Below, piece by piece: positions 30,070-40,294 of a stretch of DNA of 64,000 nt. Position numbers and translations under genes: made by a program. The notes beneath the pieces were generated by a model. The model saw only the letters and a list, made by a program, of their open reading frames with translations, was not told the origin of the DNA and did not search any database. Source of the stretch: Alkalispirochaeta sp. (lineage in GTDB: Bacteria > Spirochaetota > Spirochaetia > DSM-27196 > Alkalispirochaetaceae); NCBI GenBank assembly GCA_965601925.1, contig OZ271854.1:4800001-4864000 (forward strand), written 5' to 3'. Each line of letters starts with the position of its first letter. Positions within the stretch are counted from its first letter, which is position 1.

Positions 30070-30995
30070 GGAATTTCAATATGCATCCGATCGCGGGTAA
30101 GGAACGTATCGGGAAAGTGCTCGCGGGCCTCTTTCACTAACTCCTTCAGCTGTCGGTTGGTAAATCTCGGACTATAGTGAATGAGCCCCATCCGTTTTAT
30201 GCCGCCGGCTCGAGCCGCCAGTCGCGCCGCATCGGCCGCGGTCATATGTTTTTTTGCGTAGGCGGTCTCGCGATGCTCCTCGGTAAACATTCCCTCGCTG
30301 ATCAATAGGTCGGAATCGGCGATATGCTCCGTGACGCTCTCGAGGGGCAACGTATCGGTCATGTACGTGAACTTGCGCCCAAGCCGTCCGGGCCCCAGCA
30401 CCGCCTCGGGATCCACTACCGTCCCGTCCTCGAGCGTAATCGATCGTCCCGCCTGCAGATGCGCCCACATCGGCCCACGGGGCACACCGGCCGCGGCGGC
30501 ACGATCGGGATAAAATGTCCCCGGGCGCATATCCTCGATCAACGTGTAGCCGACGCATACGCGCGAATGTCTGAGGGGAAACGAACGTATCGAATAGCCG
30601 TCGCCGCGAAATACCTCGTTCGGCACCGAAGGATCGGCGATCTCTCGTACCTTGATTTCGAAGTTAATGTACATCTCCAACACGCGGCGGCTCGTCTCAA
30701 CGTACTCCGCAATTCTGGGCGGACCGATGACGTACAACGGCTCGTCCCGGTCGACTTGACTCGAGAGCATCAGCATCCCCGGGAGACCCGTCACGTGATC
30801 CGCATGGGTGTGGGAGATGAGAATCGCACTGATCTTCTTCCACTTGAGGTTCAGCGCACGCAGACTGACCTGTGTGCCCTCCCCGCTATCAAAAAGAAAC
30901 ACCTCCCCTTCCCGTCGCAACAAGACCGACGTGAGGTGCCGATTCGGTAGCGGCATGGTACCGCTGGTACCGAGTACAAACGCCTCCATGTTCAT
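30057..30995 (-). CDS. rnz: Ribonuclease Z
   Basis: Motifs LGTSGTMP, FDSGEGTQ, SHTHADHVTG, exosite GVPRGP, HYSPRF. Confidence 0.95.
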   Translation of the reverse strand: MNMEAFVLGTSGTMPLPNRHLTSVLLRREGEVFLFDSGEGTQVSLRALNLKWKKISAILISHTHADHVTGLPGMLMLSSQVDRDEPLYVIGPPRIAEYVETSRRVLEMYINFEIKVREIADPSVPNEVFRGDGYSIRSFPLRHSRVCVGYTLIEDMRPGTFYPDRAAAAGVPRGPMWAHLQAGRSITLEDGTVVDPEAVLGPGRLGRKFTYMTDTLPLESVTEHIADSDLLISEGMFTEEHRETAYAKKHMTAADAARLAARAGGIKRMGLIHYSPRFTNRQLKELVKEAREHFPDTFLTRDRMHIEIPYPD

Positions 30996-31073
30996 AGCAG
31001 GGGGGAATGTAGCATAGCCGATCCATCATGTCATTGGGGACGATGCGAATGTGCCGGCGGGGAGCCGCACGTG

Positions 31074-31101
31074 AAAAGCTGCCGGACGGAGTCCGGCAGC
31101 T
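31074..31101 (-). terminator. Probable terminator downstream of xylA
   Basis: Perfect 11-bp stem AGCTGCCGGAC/GTCCGGCAGCT with a 3-nt loop and a short T tract on the minus strand. Confidence 0.6.
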
Positions 31102-31185
31102 CCCTCCTTAGGCCGAGGATCGCCGTATGCAGAAACGACGCCGCGACCGTCTTGCCATTGTATCACCACATGGGGCGATGCGCCG

Positions 31186-32499
31186 TTAAATGTAGCGATT
31201 GACGATCGACTCCAAGAGCTCTCGCCGTCCACTCTCAAGTACGAAGTCGCCCTGGGTTAGGCTATACTGCTCGAGTTCTTCGAATCCGACGCGCCCGTCG
31301 AGGATCTTCGCACCGATACCGCTCTTCCACCCTGCGTAGCGGTCGGTGACGAACCCTTCCAGCTCGCCGCCCGCCAACAGGGCGTGGGCGACTTTGAGCC
31401 CTCGAGCGTACGCATCCATTCCGGCGATGTGGGCGAGGAAGATGTCATCGCTCTTAAAGGACGGCCGCCGCAACTTGGCGTCGAAGTTGAGCCCGCCGGG
31501 GGCGAGTCCGCCGTTTTTGAGCACCTCATACATCACGAAGATGCTCTCCATGATATTGGTCGGGAACTGATCGGTGTCCCACCCGAGGAGGTAGTCACCC
31601 TGGTTGGCGTCGAGACTGCCCAACAGTCCGTTGGCCCGAGCATAATGGATTTCGTGGGCGTAGGTGTGGCCGGCAAGGATCGCGTGATTCTGCTCGATGT
31701 TAAACTTAAAGTGGTCGACCAACCCGTACTTCTGCAGAAACGCGTGCCCGCTTTGCACATCGAAGTCGTACTGGTGGCTGGTCGGCTCTTTCGGCTTCGG
31801 CTCGATCAAAAACTGGCCGTCGAAACCGATTTTCTTCTTATAGTTCACCGCCATGTTGAGGAATCGTCCGAGATTGTCGAGTTCGAACCCCATGTCGGTG
31901 TTTATAAGCGTCTCGTACCCCTCTCTACCGCCCCAGAAGACGTAATTCTTACCGTCGAGGTATTGCGTAACCTCAAGGGCCTTTTTGACCTGGGCCGCGG
32001 CGAACGCGAAGACGTCGGGGGACGGTGAGGTCGCCGCACCGTGAACGTAACGCGGATGCATGAACAATTGCGCCGTTCCCCATAGAAGACGCGTCGGCGA
32101 ATCGGCCATTAACGCCTTGGTGTACTCGACGATCTCATCAAGATTGCGATTCGCCTCGTCGAGCGTTGCGCCGTCTGGAGCGACGTCACGGTCATGAAAA
32201 CAGAAGAAGGGTACTCCCAGTTTCTCAGTAATCTCAAAGAGTGCCCGCATACGCGCCTTAGCCTGTTCCATAGGGTCCTGAATCGCAAGCCACGGTCGCT
32301 CATTGACACCTACACCGAACGGATCGGCGCCGGTGCCGTTCAGCGTATGCCAATAGGCGACCGAAAAACGCAAATGCTCCGCCATCGTTTTGTCGCCGAC
32401 ACGCTCATCGGAGTTGTAAAACTTGAAAGCCAGGGGATTGCGCGAGTCGGGGCCTTCGTATTCGATCGTTGGAATGTCCGGAAAAAACTCGTTTCTCAT
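31186..32499 (-). CDS. xylA: Xylose isomerase (class II)
   Basis: Motifs [47 protein letters not shown]. Confidence 0.97.
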   Translation of the reverse strand: MRNEFFPDIPTIEYEGPDSRNPLAFKFYNSDERVGDKTMAEHLRFSVAYWHTLNGTGADPFGVGVNERPWLAIQDPMEQAKARMRALFEITEKLGVPFFCFHDRDVAPDGATLDEANRNLDEIVEYTKALMADSPTRLLWGTAQLFMHPRYVHGAATSPSPDVFAFAAAQVKKALEVTQYLDGKNYVFWGGREGYETLINTDMGFELDNLGRFLNMAVNYKKKIGFDGQFLIEPKPKEPTSHQYDFDVQSGHAFLQKYGLVDHFKFNIEQNHAILAGHTYAHEIHYARANGLLGSLDANQGDYLLGWDTDQFPTNIMESIFVMYEVLKNGGLAPGGLNFDAKLRRPSFKSDDIFLAHIAGMDAYARGLKVAHALLAGGELEGFVTDRYAGWKSGIGAKILDGRVGFEELEQYSLTQGDFVLESGRRELLESIVNRYI

Positions 32500-32505
32500 G
32501 CGCCC

Positions 32506-32534
32506 ATGGTAGTCCCGATCGGAGCGGGGAGCAA
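32506..32534 (-). promoter_or_regulatory. Leaderless promoter of xylA, TTGCTC-17-TACCAT-6-ATG
   Basis: -35 at 32529-32534, -10 at 32506-32511, no SD before ATG 32499. Confidence 0.6.
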
Positions 32535-32670
32535 CGAATATCCGCCCTTCCGTGATACATAACGGGCGTTATATCGGAACATAAAGATAAAAAAGGATCA
32601 TATGTACACTACATTACGCGGCCGAACGGCCGGGAGGCCGGTGTCGCGCGGGTCGCGTGGCGGGCGGATG

Positions 32671-33105
32671 TTACGGCGTACGCGCGGACTCCTCGTCGGT
32701 GAGCTCATCGTGCAGCCAACGACGGTAAGAACGCGCCTTGAGGTTGCGAAGACGGAGCACCGCGAGGGCGATCACGGTGCCGGCCCCGGCAACGATCGCA
32801 ACGGACGGTCCGAAGGGGGGAGCAAATCGCAGCGTGATCCGACCTATGACCATCACCACGATCGCCAAAGTACCGAGCCACAAGGCGACCACAAGCAGCA
32901 TCGCATCGCGCTTCCGCCGCGCATCCGCGGCCTCCTCGGTGAGCTGGATCCAGCGGTACGCCGCGCGTTGATCGACACCACACTCCTCCGATATACGCGC
33001 CGAGAGCGCAACCGGCTCCGCCGCCTCGATGAGGGCCTCTACGATCGAAGGCAGCATCTTCCGGTACGCTTGGCGTTCTTCTCGCTCTTTTTGCGCGATC
33101 GACAT
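32671..33105 (-). CDS. Hypothetical two-TM membrane protein
   Basis: Two hydrophobic segments; TATTCT lies 6 nt before ATG 33105. Confidence 0.65.
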   Translation of the reverse strand: MSIAQKEREERQAYRKMLPSIVEALIEAAEPVALSARISEECGVDQRAAYRWIQLTEEAADARRKRDAMLLVVALWLGTLAIVVMVIGRITLRFAPPFGPSVAIVAGAGTVIALAVLRLRNLKARSYRRWLHDELTDEESARTP

Positions 33106-33186
33106 GGTGAGAGAATAGCGACGGTGTGGGGTATGGGGCAACTCGGTGCGCCGCCGTGTTAACGGATGATCCGCCGTCCCCGCGCG

Positions 33187-35034
33187 TTACGGCCGGCGGT
33201 CTCCCGACTCTCCTCCGACAAGCGACAAGATATCGTCATTGCCTTCGGCAAAGTCCGCAGCCGTCCTACCCAGATCGTCACGGATCGTCGTGTCGGCTCC
33301 GGCGTCGAGCAATAATGTAACGACATCGACACCCCTGCCTTTCATAACCGCCACCATGAGCGCCGTCAGTCCCTCGTTGGACTGGAGGTTAACCTCCGCG
33401 CCTCGCTCCAGCAGAAGCTGTACGTGCCCTGGGGTGTCGTATCGATACACTGCGGCCATCAACGGCGTATACCCATTTTTGTCGGCGCGGTTCACATCGG
33501 CGCCGTTTTCCAAGAGGGCGAGGACCATCGCAAGATCGCGGCGACGATCAACGGCATACATCAAGGCTGTCCGCACGTCCTCGTCGTGAGAGTTAGGATC
33601 GGCTCCGGCGTCCAGAAGTGTATGCACTACGTCGAGACTTCCACCGTTGCGCGCGGCATGGATGAGTGCGGTACGCCCGGTGCCACTCCGGAGATTTGGA
33701 TCGGCGCCCGCGGCCAGAAGAGCGCGCGTAACTTCGACGTTCTCGTGGTAGCGCGCAGCGTGCATTACGGCCGCCCACTCCCCGTTATTTTGAATGTTCG
33801 GGTCGGCACCGCCGTCCAGGAGTGCCTGAATTACCTCGGGACTCCCGTCGTACCGCGCCGCGTACATTAACGCGGTCCAGCCCTCATTGGTTTGAATATC
33901 AGGCTCGGCTCCGGCGTCCAAAAGCGCGTGCGTCACTCCGAGATACTCCCGGTGGCGGACGGCGTGCATAAGGGCGGTCCATCCCTTGTCACTCTGGGCA
34001 TTAGGATCGGCATTTGCATCCAAGAGAGCCTCGACTGCTTCTACGTGCCCATCGTATCGCACCGCATACATTAACGCCGTCCATCCGTCGGCCGCTCGGG
34101 CGTTGACGTCCGCTCCGGCCGATAAAAACGAACGTACAACGTCGGCCTCCTGGCCGTTGTATACGGCGGTCATCAGAGGCGTCCAACCGTCAACGAGTGA
34201 AAGGTTGGGATCCGCCCCGCTTTCCAATAACGCATGGATCACGCCCGCATCTCGCGTCTCCTGTGCAGCTGACATAAGAGACGTCCAGCCGTCGTCCGCC
34301 GGAATGTTCGGATCGGCACCAAAGTTTAGTAGTGTGAGAATCGCCTCCGGATCTTGCGCTTCTTGCGCCGCCACCATAAGCGCCGTCCAGCCCTCGTCAT
34401 CCCGCGCATTTACGTCCGCGTCAGCCGCCAACAACAACCGCAGGATTTCCACGTTGTCGGAATAGAACGCGGCCAGCATCAACGGCGTCCAGCCGTCGTC
34501 CGCCGGAATGTTCGGATCGGCGCCGGCGTCGAGAAGCAACTCCGCAACCTTAGGACTTCGGTTCTCACTGATCGCCTCTGTCAACGCGGTCCATCCATCG
34601 TTGCTCCGAGTGTTCGGATCAGTTCCGGCGTCGAGAAGCATTTTGATCACCTTCACCCCTCGGTCGAAATGCACGGCCCTCATGAGGGCCGTCCAACCGT
34701 CGTCCGTCCGAACGTTCGGATCGGCACCGGCGTCGAGAAGCAAGCGCACTATCTCCACGGGGCTACCGTGGTGCACGGCGTACATCAAAGCGGTCCACCC
34801 CTCGCTACTCTGAGCCTCCAGATCGGCGCCGTCCCGCAAAAGGGATCGAACCTGCTCCAGATCCCCCGCGTTGCGAACGGCACGAATCAACGATGTCCGC
34901 CCACCGTCGGTTACGAGCTCGTTTTTCGAAGCGGAGCGTGCCGACTGCGTATCGATTGAGGCGCACCCCGTTAGAGCCGTGAGGCCGCTCATTATGATGA
35001 TGAATTTGATGTGGACCAAAGGATGGCTACTCAC
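33187..35034 (-). CDS. Ankyrin-repeat lipoprotein (16 full 34-aa repeats plus a partial one)
   Basis: Repeats of GWTALMxA...LLDAGADPN; lipobox LTGC; GGAGG SD before the GTG. Confidence 0.93.
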   Translation of the reverse strand: MSSHPLVHIKFIIIMSGLTALTGCASIDTQSARSASKNELVTDGGRTSLIRAVRNAGDLEQVRSLLRDGADLEAQSSEGWTALMYAVHHGSPVEIVRLLLDAGADPNVRTDDGWTALMRAVHFDRGVKVIKMLLDAGTDPNTRSNDGWTALTEAISENRSPKVAELLLDAGADPNIPADDGWTPLMLAAFYSDNVEILRLLLAADADVNARDDEGWTALMVAAQEAQDPEAILTLLNFGADPNIPADDGWTSLMSAAQETRDAGVIHALLESGADPNLSLVDGWTPLMTAVYNGQEADVVRSFLSAGADVNARAADGWTALMYAVRYDGHVEAVEALLDANADPNAQSDKGWTALMHAVRHREYLGVTHALLDAGAEPDIQTNEGWTALMYAARYDGSPEVIQALLDGGADPNIQNNGEWAAVMHAARYHENVEVTRALLAAGADPNLRSGTGRTALIHAARNGGSLDVVHTLLDAGADPNSHDEDVRTALMYAVDRRRDLAMVLALLENGADVNRADKNGYTPLMAAVYRYDTPGHVQLLLERGAEVNLQSNEGLTALMVAVMKGRGVDVVTLLLDAGADTTIRDDLGRTAADFAEGNDDILSLVGGESGDRRP

Positions 35035-35184
35035 GGGAGATCCCTCCGTACAAAGGACGCCTTGGATTGTATATAGTCCTTTTTATGTCGTGTGTTTGTC
35101 CATAGTAGACTCACAAACACTCTACGACAAGCTCGATTCCCACGTGTTACAACCCTTGAATGCTACGGCGTATTCGGTATATGA

Positions 35185-36492
35185 GTGTCAGCTATGCCGA
35201 TAGAACCGCGTGTACTCAAGGGCTTTCGCGACTTTCTGCCCGCCACGGAGATGCGACGCAAGTCGCTCATCCGTACTTTGGAAGACACCTTCTCATCATT
35301 CGGGTTCGTACCCATCGACACCCCCGTATTGGAGTACAGCAATGTGCTCCTCGGCAAGGGAGGCGGCGAAACGGATAAGCAAGTATACCGCTTCATCGAT
35401 CACGGCAAGCGGGACGTGGCGATGCGTTTCGATTTGACCGTGCCCTTTGCACGTTACATGGCGATGCACCGTTCCGAGCTCTACCTCCCCTTCAAGCGCT
35501 ATCACGTCAACAAAGTCTTTCGTGGAGAGAATACTCAGCGCGGCCGCTACCGCGAGTTCATGCAATGCGACTTCGATATCGTAGGCACCGAGTCGGTCTC
35601 CGCCGATCTCGAGATTCTCTTGATGATGTACGCCGCGTTTCAAGCGTTGGAGGTCCCGGGTGTGCGTATACACCTCTCCCACCGCGGAGCGTTTAACCAT
35701 TTGCTGCGAATGTGCGGCGCCGAGAACCGTAGCGAGACGGTATTGCGCGCGGTGGACAAGCTACGCAAAGTGGGACGCGACAAAACCCGCGAGACGCTCA
35801 TCGAACTCGTGGGCGAAGAGCATACCGTGCGCATCCTCGCATTCATCGAATCGCGCGGCACCATGGGCGAGGTACTCGATGAAATGGAGTCGATCCTCGG
35901 CGGGCCGACGGACGACACACGGCGACTCAGAACGCTCGCCTCGGCCGTCACGGAGTTGGGGCTCGAAGAGAGTATCGTACTCGACCCTTCGATCACCCGC
36001 GGTCTCGATTATTACACCGGCGTCGTGTTCGAGACCTTTCTCGTGGGTGTGGAGGCGATCGGTTCGGTCTGCTCGGGAGGGCGCTACGACGACTTGGTCT
36101 CTTTGTACAGTAAGGAGGCGATGTCGGGCGTCGGCGCCTCGATAGGTCTCGACCGTCTCGTCGCGGCCCTGGAGGAACTCGCGATCGCCGACGGTGAGGC
36201 GAGTGCGGCCGAGGTGCTCATTACCCTGCAGGATACGGCGCTCCTCGTCCACTATCACGATATTGCGCGACAACTGCGCGCGGAGGGTATCCGTTCCGAG
36301 GTCTTTCCCGACGCAAGAAAGCTGGGACAGCAGTTCGCCTTCGCCGAGAGGAAGGGTATCGCCCTGGCGCTCATCTGCGGTGAGGAGGAACACCGCACCG
36401 GCACGGTGAACCTTCGTATCCTCGCTCAACGAGAAACGCTGGACCGGATACGTCTCGATAGCCTCTTGGAGGAGATAAAACGGCTCCTATAA
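35185..36492 (+). CDS. hisS: Histidine--tRNA ligase
   Basis: Motifs KGFRDFLP, RFDLTVPFAR, RGENTQRGRYREFMQCDFD, RGLDYYTG, GGRYD. Start at 35185 or 35194. Confidence 0.97.
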   Translation: MSAMPIEPRVLKGFRDFLPATEMRRKSLIRTLEDTFSSFGFVPIDTPVLEYSNVLLGKGGGETDKQVYRFIDHGKRDVAMRFDLTVPFARYMAMHRSELYLPFKRYHVNKVFRGENTQRGRYREFMQCDFDIVGTESVSADLEILLMMYAAFQALEVPGVRIHLSHRGAFNHLLRMCGAENRSETVLRAVDKLRKVGRDKTRETLIELVGEEHTVRILAFIESRGTMGEVLDEMESILGGPTDDTRRLRTLASAVTELGLEESIVLDPSITRGLDYYTGVVFETFLVGVEAIGSVCSGGRYDDLVSLYSKEAMSGVGASIGLDRLVAALEELAIADGEASAAEVLITLQDTALLVHYHDIARQLRAEGIRSEVFPDARKLGQQFAFAERKGIALALICGEEEHRTGTVNLRILAQRETLDRIRLDSLLEEIKRLL

Positions 36493-36510
36493 CGCCCCGC
36501 TCGCCGGGCG

Positions 36511-36539
36511 GTGACAGACGACGGCCACTCGCCTACAAT
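36511..36539 (+). promoter_or_regulatory. Leaderless promoter of the hrpA-like gene, GTGACA-17-TACAAT-6-ATG
   Basis: -35 at 36511-36516, -10 at 36534-36539, ATG 36546, no SD. Confidence 0.6.
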
Positions 36540-36545
36540 GGATCC

Positions 36546-39128
36546 ATGGATCCTCGTCAACTTCCGGTTTATCAGCAGAAGAGTAAGATCCTTTCCGCGC
36601 TGGAGTCGCACCGCGTGGTCGTGGTGGAGAGTCCGACCGGAAGCGGCAAGACGACGCAGCTTCCCATCATACTCCACGAGGCGGGATACTCGCAGTCGCG
36701 CGTGATCGGAGTCACCCAGCCGCGCCGAATCGCCGCGGTATCGGTCAGCTCCTTCATCGCCGGTCAACTCGACGCGGCCGCCTCGGACCTCGTGGGTTAC
36801 AAAATGCGCTTCGACGACCATACGACCGGCGAGACGCGTATCAAGATAATGACCGATGGAATACTGCTCCAGGAGATAAAGAACGATCAATATTTAAGAG
36901 ACTACAGCGTCGTCATGGTCGACGAGGCGCACGAGCGCAGCCTTAACATCGACTTCGTGTTGGGTCTGCTCAAGCGCGCGATGGAGCTTCGTCCCGATCT
37001 CCGCGTCATCGTCTCGTCGGCAACGATCAATGCCGACGTCTTCAGTCAATACTTCGACTCGTGTCCGGTGATCCGTATCGAGACGCAAATGTACCCGGTG
37101 CAGATCGTCTATGACGATCCGACGACGCGCGTTCTCCAAGAAACCGACGCGGCACTATCAGCCGGCGAGCGCGGGTACAGCGCGCGACGTGTAAAGGAGA
37201 TGACCTACGACGCACTGATAGATCGTGTCGCGGCCATCGTGATGCGCGTCATCGAGGAGGGACATCCCGGAGATATGCTCGTCTTTCTCTCCGGCGAGCA
37301 GATGATCAAGGACTGCATTACACGCCTCTACTCGCTGCCGATCCGAGGCAAGCTCTATATTCTGCCGCTGTACGGACGTTTGAGCAAAGAGGAGCAGGAC
37401 GCGGTATTTCCCCCGCCTCCTTCGGAGAAAATTAAGATCGTGGTCGCGACCAACATCGCCGAGACGAGTATCACGATCGATGGGATTACGACCGTCATCG
37501 ACTCGGGGCTCTCAAAGACCAACTTCTACAATCCCAAAACGTACACCTCATCGCTTATCGAGGGTCCCATATCCAAGGCAAGCGCCAACCAACGTCGTGG
37601 ACGCGCGGGGCGCACGCGCCCGGGACGGTGCTACCGCCTGTACGGTAGACAAGACTTCGAGAATCGGCCGCTGTTCCAGGAGGACGAGATCTACCGGACC
37701 GACCTATCGGAGGTTGTGCTGAGAATGGCGGAGCTGGGCATTCGCGATTTCGAGGAGTTCGACTTCATATCCAGTCCGGGACGGGGAAACATCTTGGCGG
37801 CGATCGAGACGTTGCGCCTCTTGGACGCGATTGACGAACACCGCGACCTCACCGAGATCGGCAGAATGATGGCAACCTTTCCGCTGCTTCCCAGACATTC
37901 GCGGATTATCGTGGAGGCGGTGTATAACCACCCGGAAGTCACCGACGAGATCCTCATCGCGGTCTCTTTTTTAACGTCCGCGACTCCCTTTACGCTGCCC
38001 CCCGGCGAGGAGATGGAAGCGCGCCAGGCGCACCACCGCTACCGTGACGAGCTGGGCGATTTCGTCAGTTATCTCAGGCTCTTCGAGGCCTACATGAGCG
38101 CCCCCGACAAGGAGAAGTTCTGCACTACTCGATACCTTGATGCGCGAACCATGGCGGAGATTGCCAACGTAAAGACGCAGCTTTCGGAGATCCTTTCGGA
38201 GATGGGCTTCCCGATCCTCTCCGGCGGCGCGCGCGCCGATTATCTGGCCACGATCGCCCGGGGTTTGATTCAGTTCGTATGCGCCCATGTCGGGAAAGGG
38301 GTGTACCAGAGTCTCACCGCCGAGCGGATCCAAATTCATCCGGGCTCGGGAATGTTTCGCGAGACGCCGCAGTTCATCGTCGCAGGGGAGATCGTCAAAA
38401 CGAGCCGCACCTACGCTCGGAGCGTCTCACCGTTGCGCAAAGAGTGGCTGCAATCGATATCCGAGGGGCTCTACGAGGGGCTGCGGGAGAGCCATGGGGG
38501 ACGCCGCGGACGTGCGGCCGACTCGCGCGATTCGATCGCCGAAACTGCTCCGGGCAGACGCGATACGACGTGGCAAATCATGATCGGCGGGCGCTCCTTT
38601 CCGATGCTTCCGTACAAGGGTAAAAAGAAAATTGCCGTCCTACCGTGGCGCGAGCTGGCGCCCCTCTTTCGTGACTCCCAACGCCCGACCGTATCGGGTA
38701 ACGCAGCCAAGGTGCGGACGCGCGTCGAGTTGGACGACTACGTGCTGATAAACGGTGAGCGCCTCTCTACGGTGCTGAAAATCGCCTCGCACTTACCGCG
38801 TGACACCTCGATACTGCACGACCGGCCGCGGAAGAAGAGCTTTCTCGTCGGTGAGGAATCCCGAGAGCTCGTGGATCTCCTCGATCTTATCTTACGGCCC
38901 ACACCACTGAAAAAAAGTGCCAAACAGCTCGGATTCCTCGCCCTCTACGCCTCGGCCGAGGGTCGATACTGGTTTAAGCCGAATCGCGGTTTCTTCAACG
39001 CCGTACACGAGAGCATGGCGAGCATCGAACAGCTGATCGATGAGCTGGGCCGGGCCGCCGACGGCGAGTACGCCGATGAGGTAGGGGCCACCTACCGGCG
39101 CCTCGCCGACATCATAGAGGGCGACTGA
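36546..39128 (+). CDS. hrpA: DEAH-box ATP-dependent RNA helicase (HrpA family)
   Basis: Motifs PTGSGKTT, TQPRRIAA, DEAHER, SAT, TNIAETSITI, QRRGRAGR. Confidence 0.9.
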   Translation: MDPRQLPVYQQKSKILSALESHRVVVVESPTGSGKTTQLPIILHEAGYSQSRVIGVTQPRRIAAVSVSSFIAGQLDAAASDLVGYKMRFDDHTTGETRIKIMTDGILLQEIKNDQYLRDYSVVMVDEAHERSLNIDFVLGLLKRAMELRPDLRVIVSSATINADVFSQYFDSCPVIRIETQMYPVQIVYDDPTTRVLQETDAALSAGERGYSARRVKEMTYDALIDRVAAIVMRVIEEGHPGDMLVFLSGEQMIKDCITRLYSLPIRGKLYILPLYGRLSKEEQDAVFPPPPSEKIKIVVATNIAETSITIDGITTVIDSGLSKTNFYNPKTYTSSLIEGPISKASANQRRGRAGRTRPGRCYRLYGRQDFENRPLFQEDEIYRTDLSEVVLRMAELGIRDFEEFDFISSPGRGNILAAIETLRLLDAIDEHRDLTEIGRMMATFPLLPRHSRIIVEAVYNHPEVTDEILIAVSFLTSATPFTLPPGEEMEARQAHHRYRDELGDFVSYLRLFEAYMSAPDKEKFCTTRYLDARTMAEIANVKTQLSEILSEMGFPILSGGARADYLATIARGLIQFVCAHVGKGVYQSLTAERIQIHPGSGMFRETPQFIVAGEIVKTSRTYARSVSPLRKEWLQSISEGLYEGLRESHGGRRGRAADSRDSIAETAPGRRDTTWQIMIGGRSFPMLPYKGKKKIAVLPWRELAPLFRDSQRPTVSGNAAKVRTRVELDDYVLINGERLSTVLKIASHLPRDTSILHDRPRKKSFLVGEESRELVDLLDLILRPTPLKKSAKQLGFLALYASAEGRYWFKPNRGFFNAVHESMASIEQLIDELGRAADGEYADEVGATYRRLADIIEGD

Positions 39129-39172
39129 GAGACGCCGGGGATAGCCGTCGCCCGCGCCGCTTTGTCGCTATC

Positions 39173-40195
39173 TCACTCAAAGATCGTGAGACGATAACTC
39201 CCCTCACCGCCGAAGAACGACGTCACATAGATCGAGTAGGACTCCGTGCGGGGGAGCGTGACATCGATCAGACTGTTGCCGTTGCCCCCGTCGTCGTCGT
39301 TGCGGGAAAGATTGGTGCCGTCGGCATTGTTTAGATAGAGCACTGCATCGAAATCGTCCGACTCCAAGAGAATGCTGACCGATCGGCCGGCATTACCGGC
39401 AAGCTCGTATACGTCGTAGAGCGTCCCATCGTACCCGCGGTCGTCGGAGCGGCCGTCGAGTGTACCGTCGTAGCGCCGACTCACCGTTTGTGACGATTCG
39501 ATGATACGCAACTGGTACGCCCCGGCGCCGCCGCCCAAACTCGAAGCGGTAATGGTGAGAGTGCCCGCGCCCTCGAACGTATACGCCAGGCGGCTATTAA
39601 GCCCTTCGGCGCCTCCGTCGTCGTTACTGAACGTGCGGCCCGAATCGTCGATCGCCTGGAGATACGCGTCGAAGTCGTCGGAATCGAGTTCGATTACGAC
39701 GCGTTGTCCCGCCCGTCCGGAGAGCGCAAATAGGTCGGCGGATCTACCGGTCTTGTCCCCCAAGCGTCCGTTGACCACCGCGCCCACCGAGATCGGCTCG
39801 GGATCGCCGGCAGTGACGACGATCAACTCGTAGCCGCCCCCGGAACCGCTAAAGAGCGGCGACACCGTGAGCCGCATCGTGCCGGTTCGCGATATCCTCG
39901 TCATAAAACCGGCATTGAATCCCTCGTAATCGTCGTTACTGATCACCTCGCCGCCGGGAAGCACGGCATCGATGTAGGTGTCGACCTCGTCGCTGCGGGC
40001 TATGACCTCGATCGTGCGCCCGGCCTCGACACGGATCTCGTAGACGTCCTGGAAGGTCCCATGGGGGCCGACGATATCACCCGGTCCGAGGCTGTCCGAG
40101 GCGGAAAAGAGCACCTCTTGGGCCGCGAGACCGGCGGGCACAAAGAGCGCGCCGACCGCCACCATTACACCACACCCCAATCGTTTTACCATCAT
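39173..40195 (-). CDS. Secreted protein with three PPC-like (pre-peptidase C-terminal) domains
   Basis: Signal peptide ending ALAAQ-like; three repeats of S-D-[DE]-[VF]-D-x-x-[IL]...NDD...G-x-Y-x-L. Exact start between 40192 and 40213. Confidence 0.72.
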   Translation of the reverse strand: MMVKRLGCGVMVAVGALFVPAGLAAQEVLFSASDSLGPGDIVGPHGTFQDVYEIRVEAGRTIEVIARSDEVDTYIDAVLPGGEVISNDDYEGFNAGFMTRISRTGTMRLTVSPLFSGSGGGYELIVVTAGDPEPISVGAVVNGRLGDKTGRSADLFALSGRAGQRVVIELDSDDFDAYLQAIDDSGRTFSNDDGGAEGLNSRLAYTFEGAGTLTITASSLGGGAGAYQLRIIESSQTVSRRYDGTLDGRSDDRGYDGTLYDVYELAGNAGRSVSILLESDDFDAVLYLNNADGTNLSRNDDDGGNGNSLIDVTLPRTESYSIYVTSFFGGEGSYRLTIFE

Positions 40196-40294
40196 CACAC
40201 TTCCTTTTTTCATTCGGCCACCGCGCTGGGAGGTCGCAACCGTGTATCCGGTCCGAGATTGATCGCGGAGCCAAGGCGCTCCGCGACGTCCGTA

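Noticed and set aside
31026..31185. ncRNA or small ORF between rnz and xylA
   Set aside because: Only a single hairpin, adequately explained as the xylA terminator; no recognisable RNA family, and the ORF overlaps xylA.
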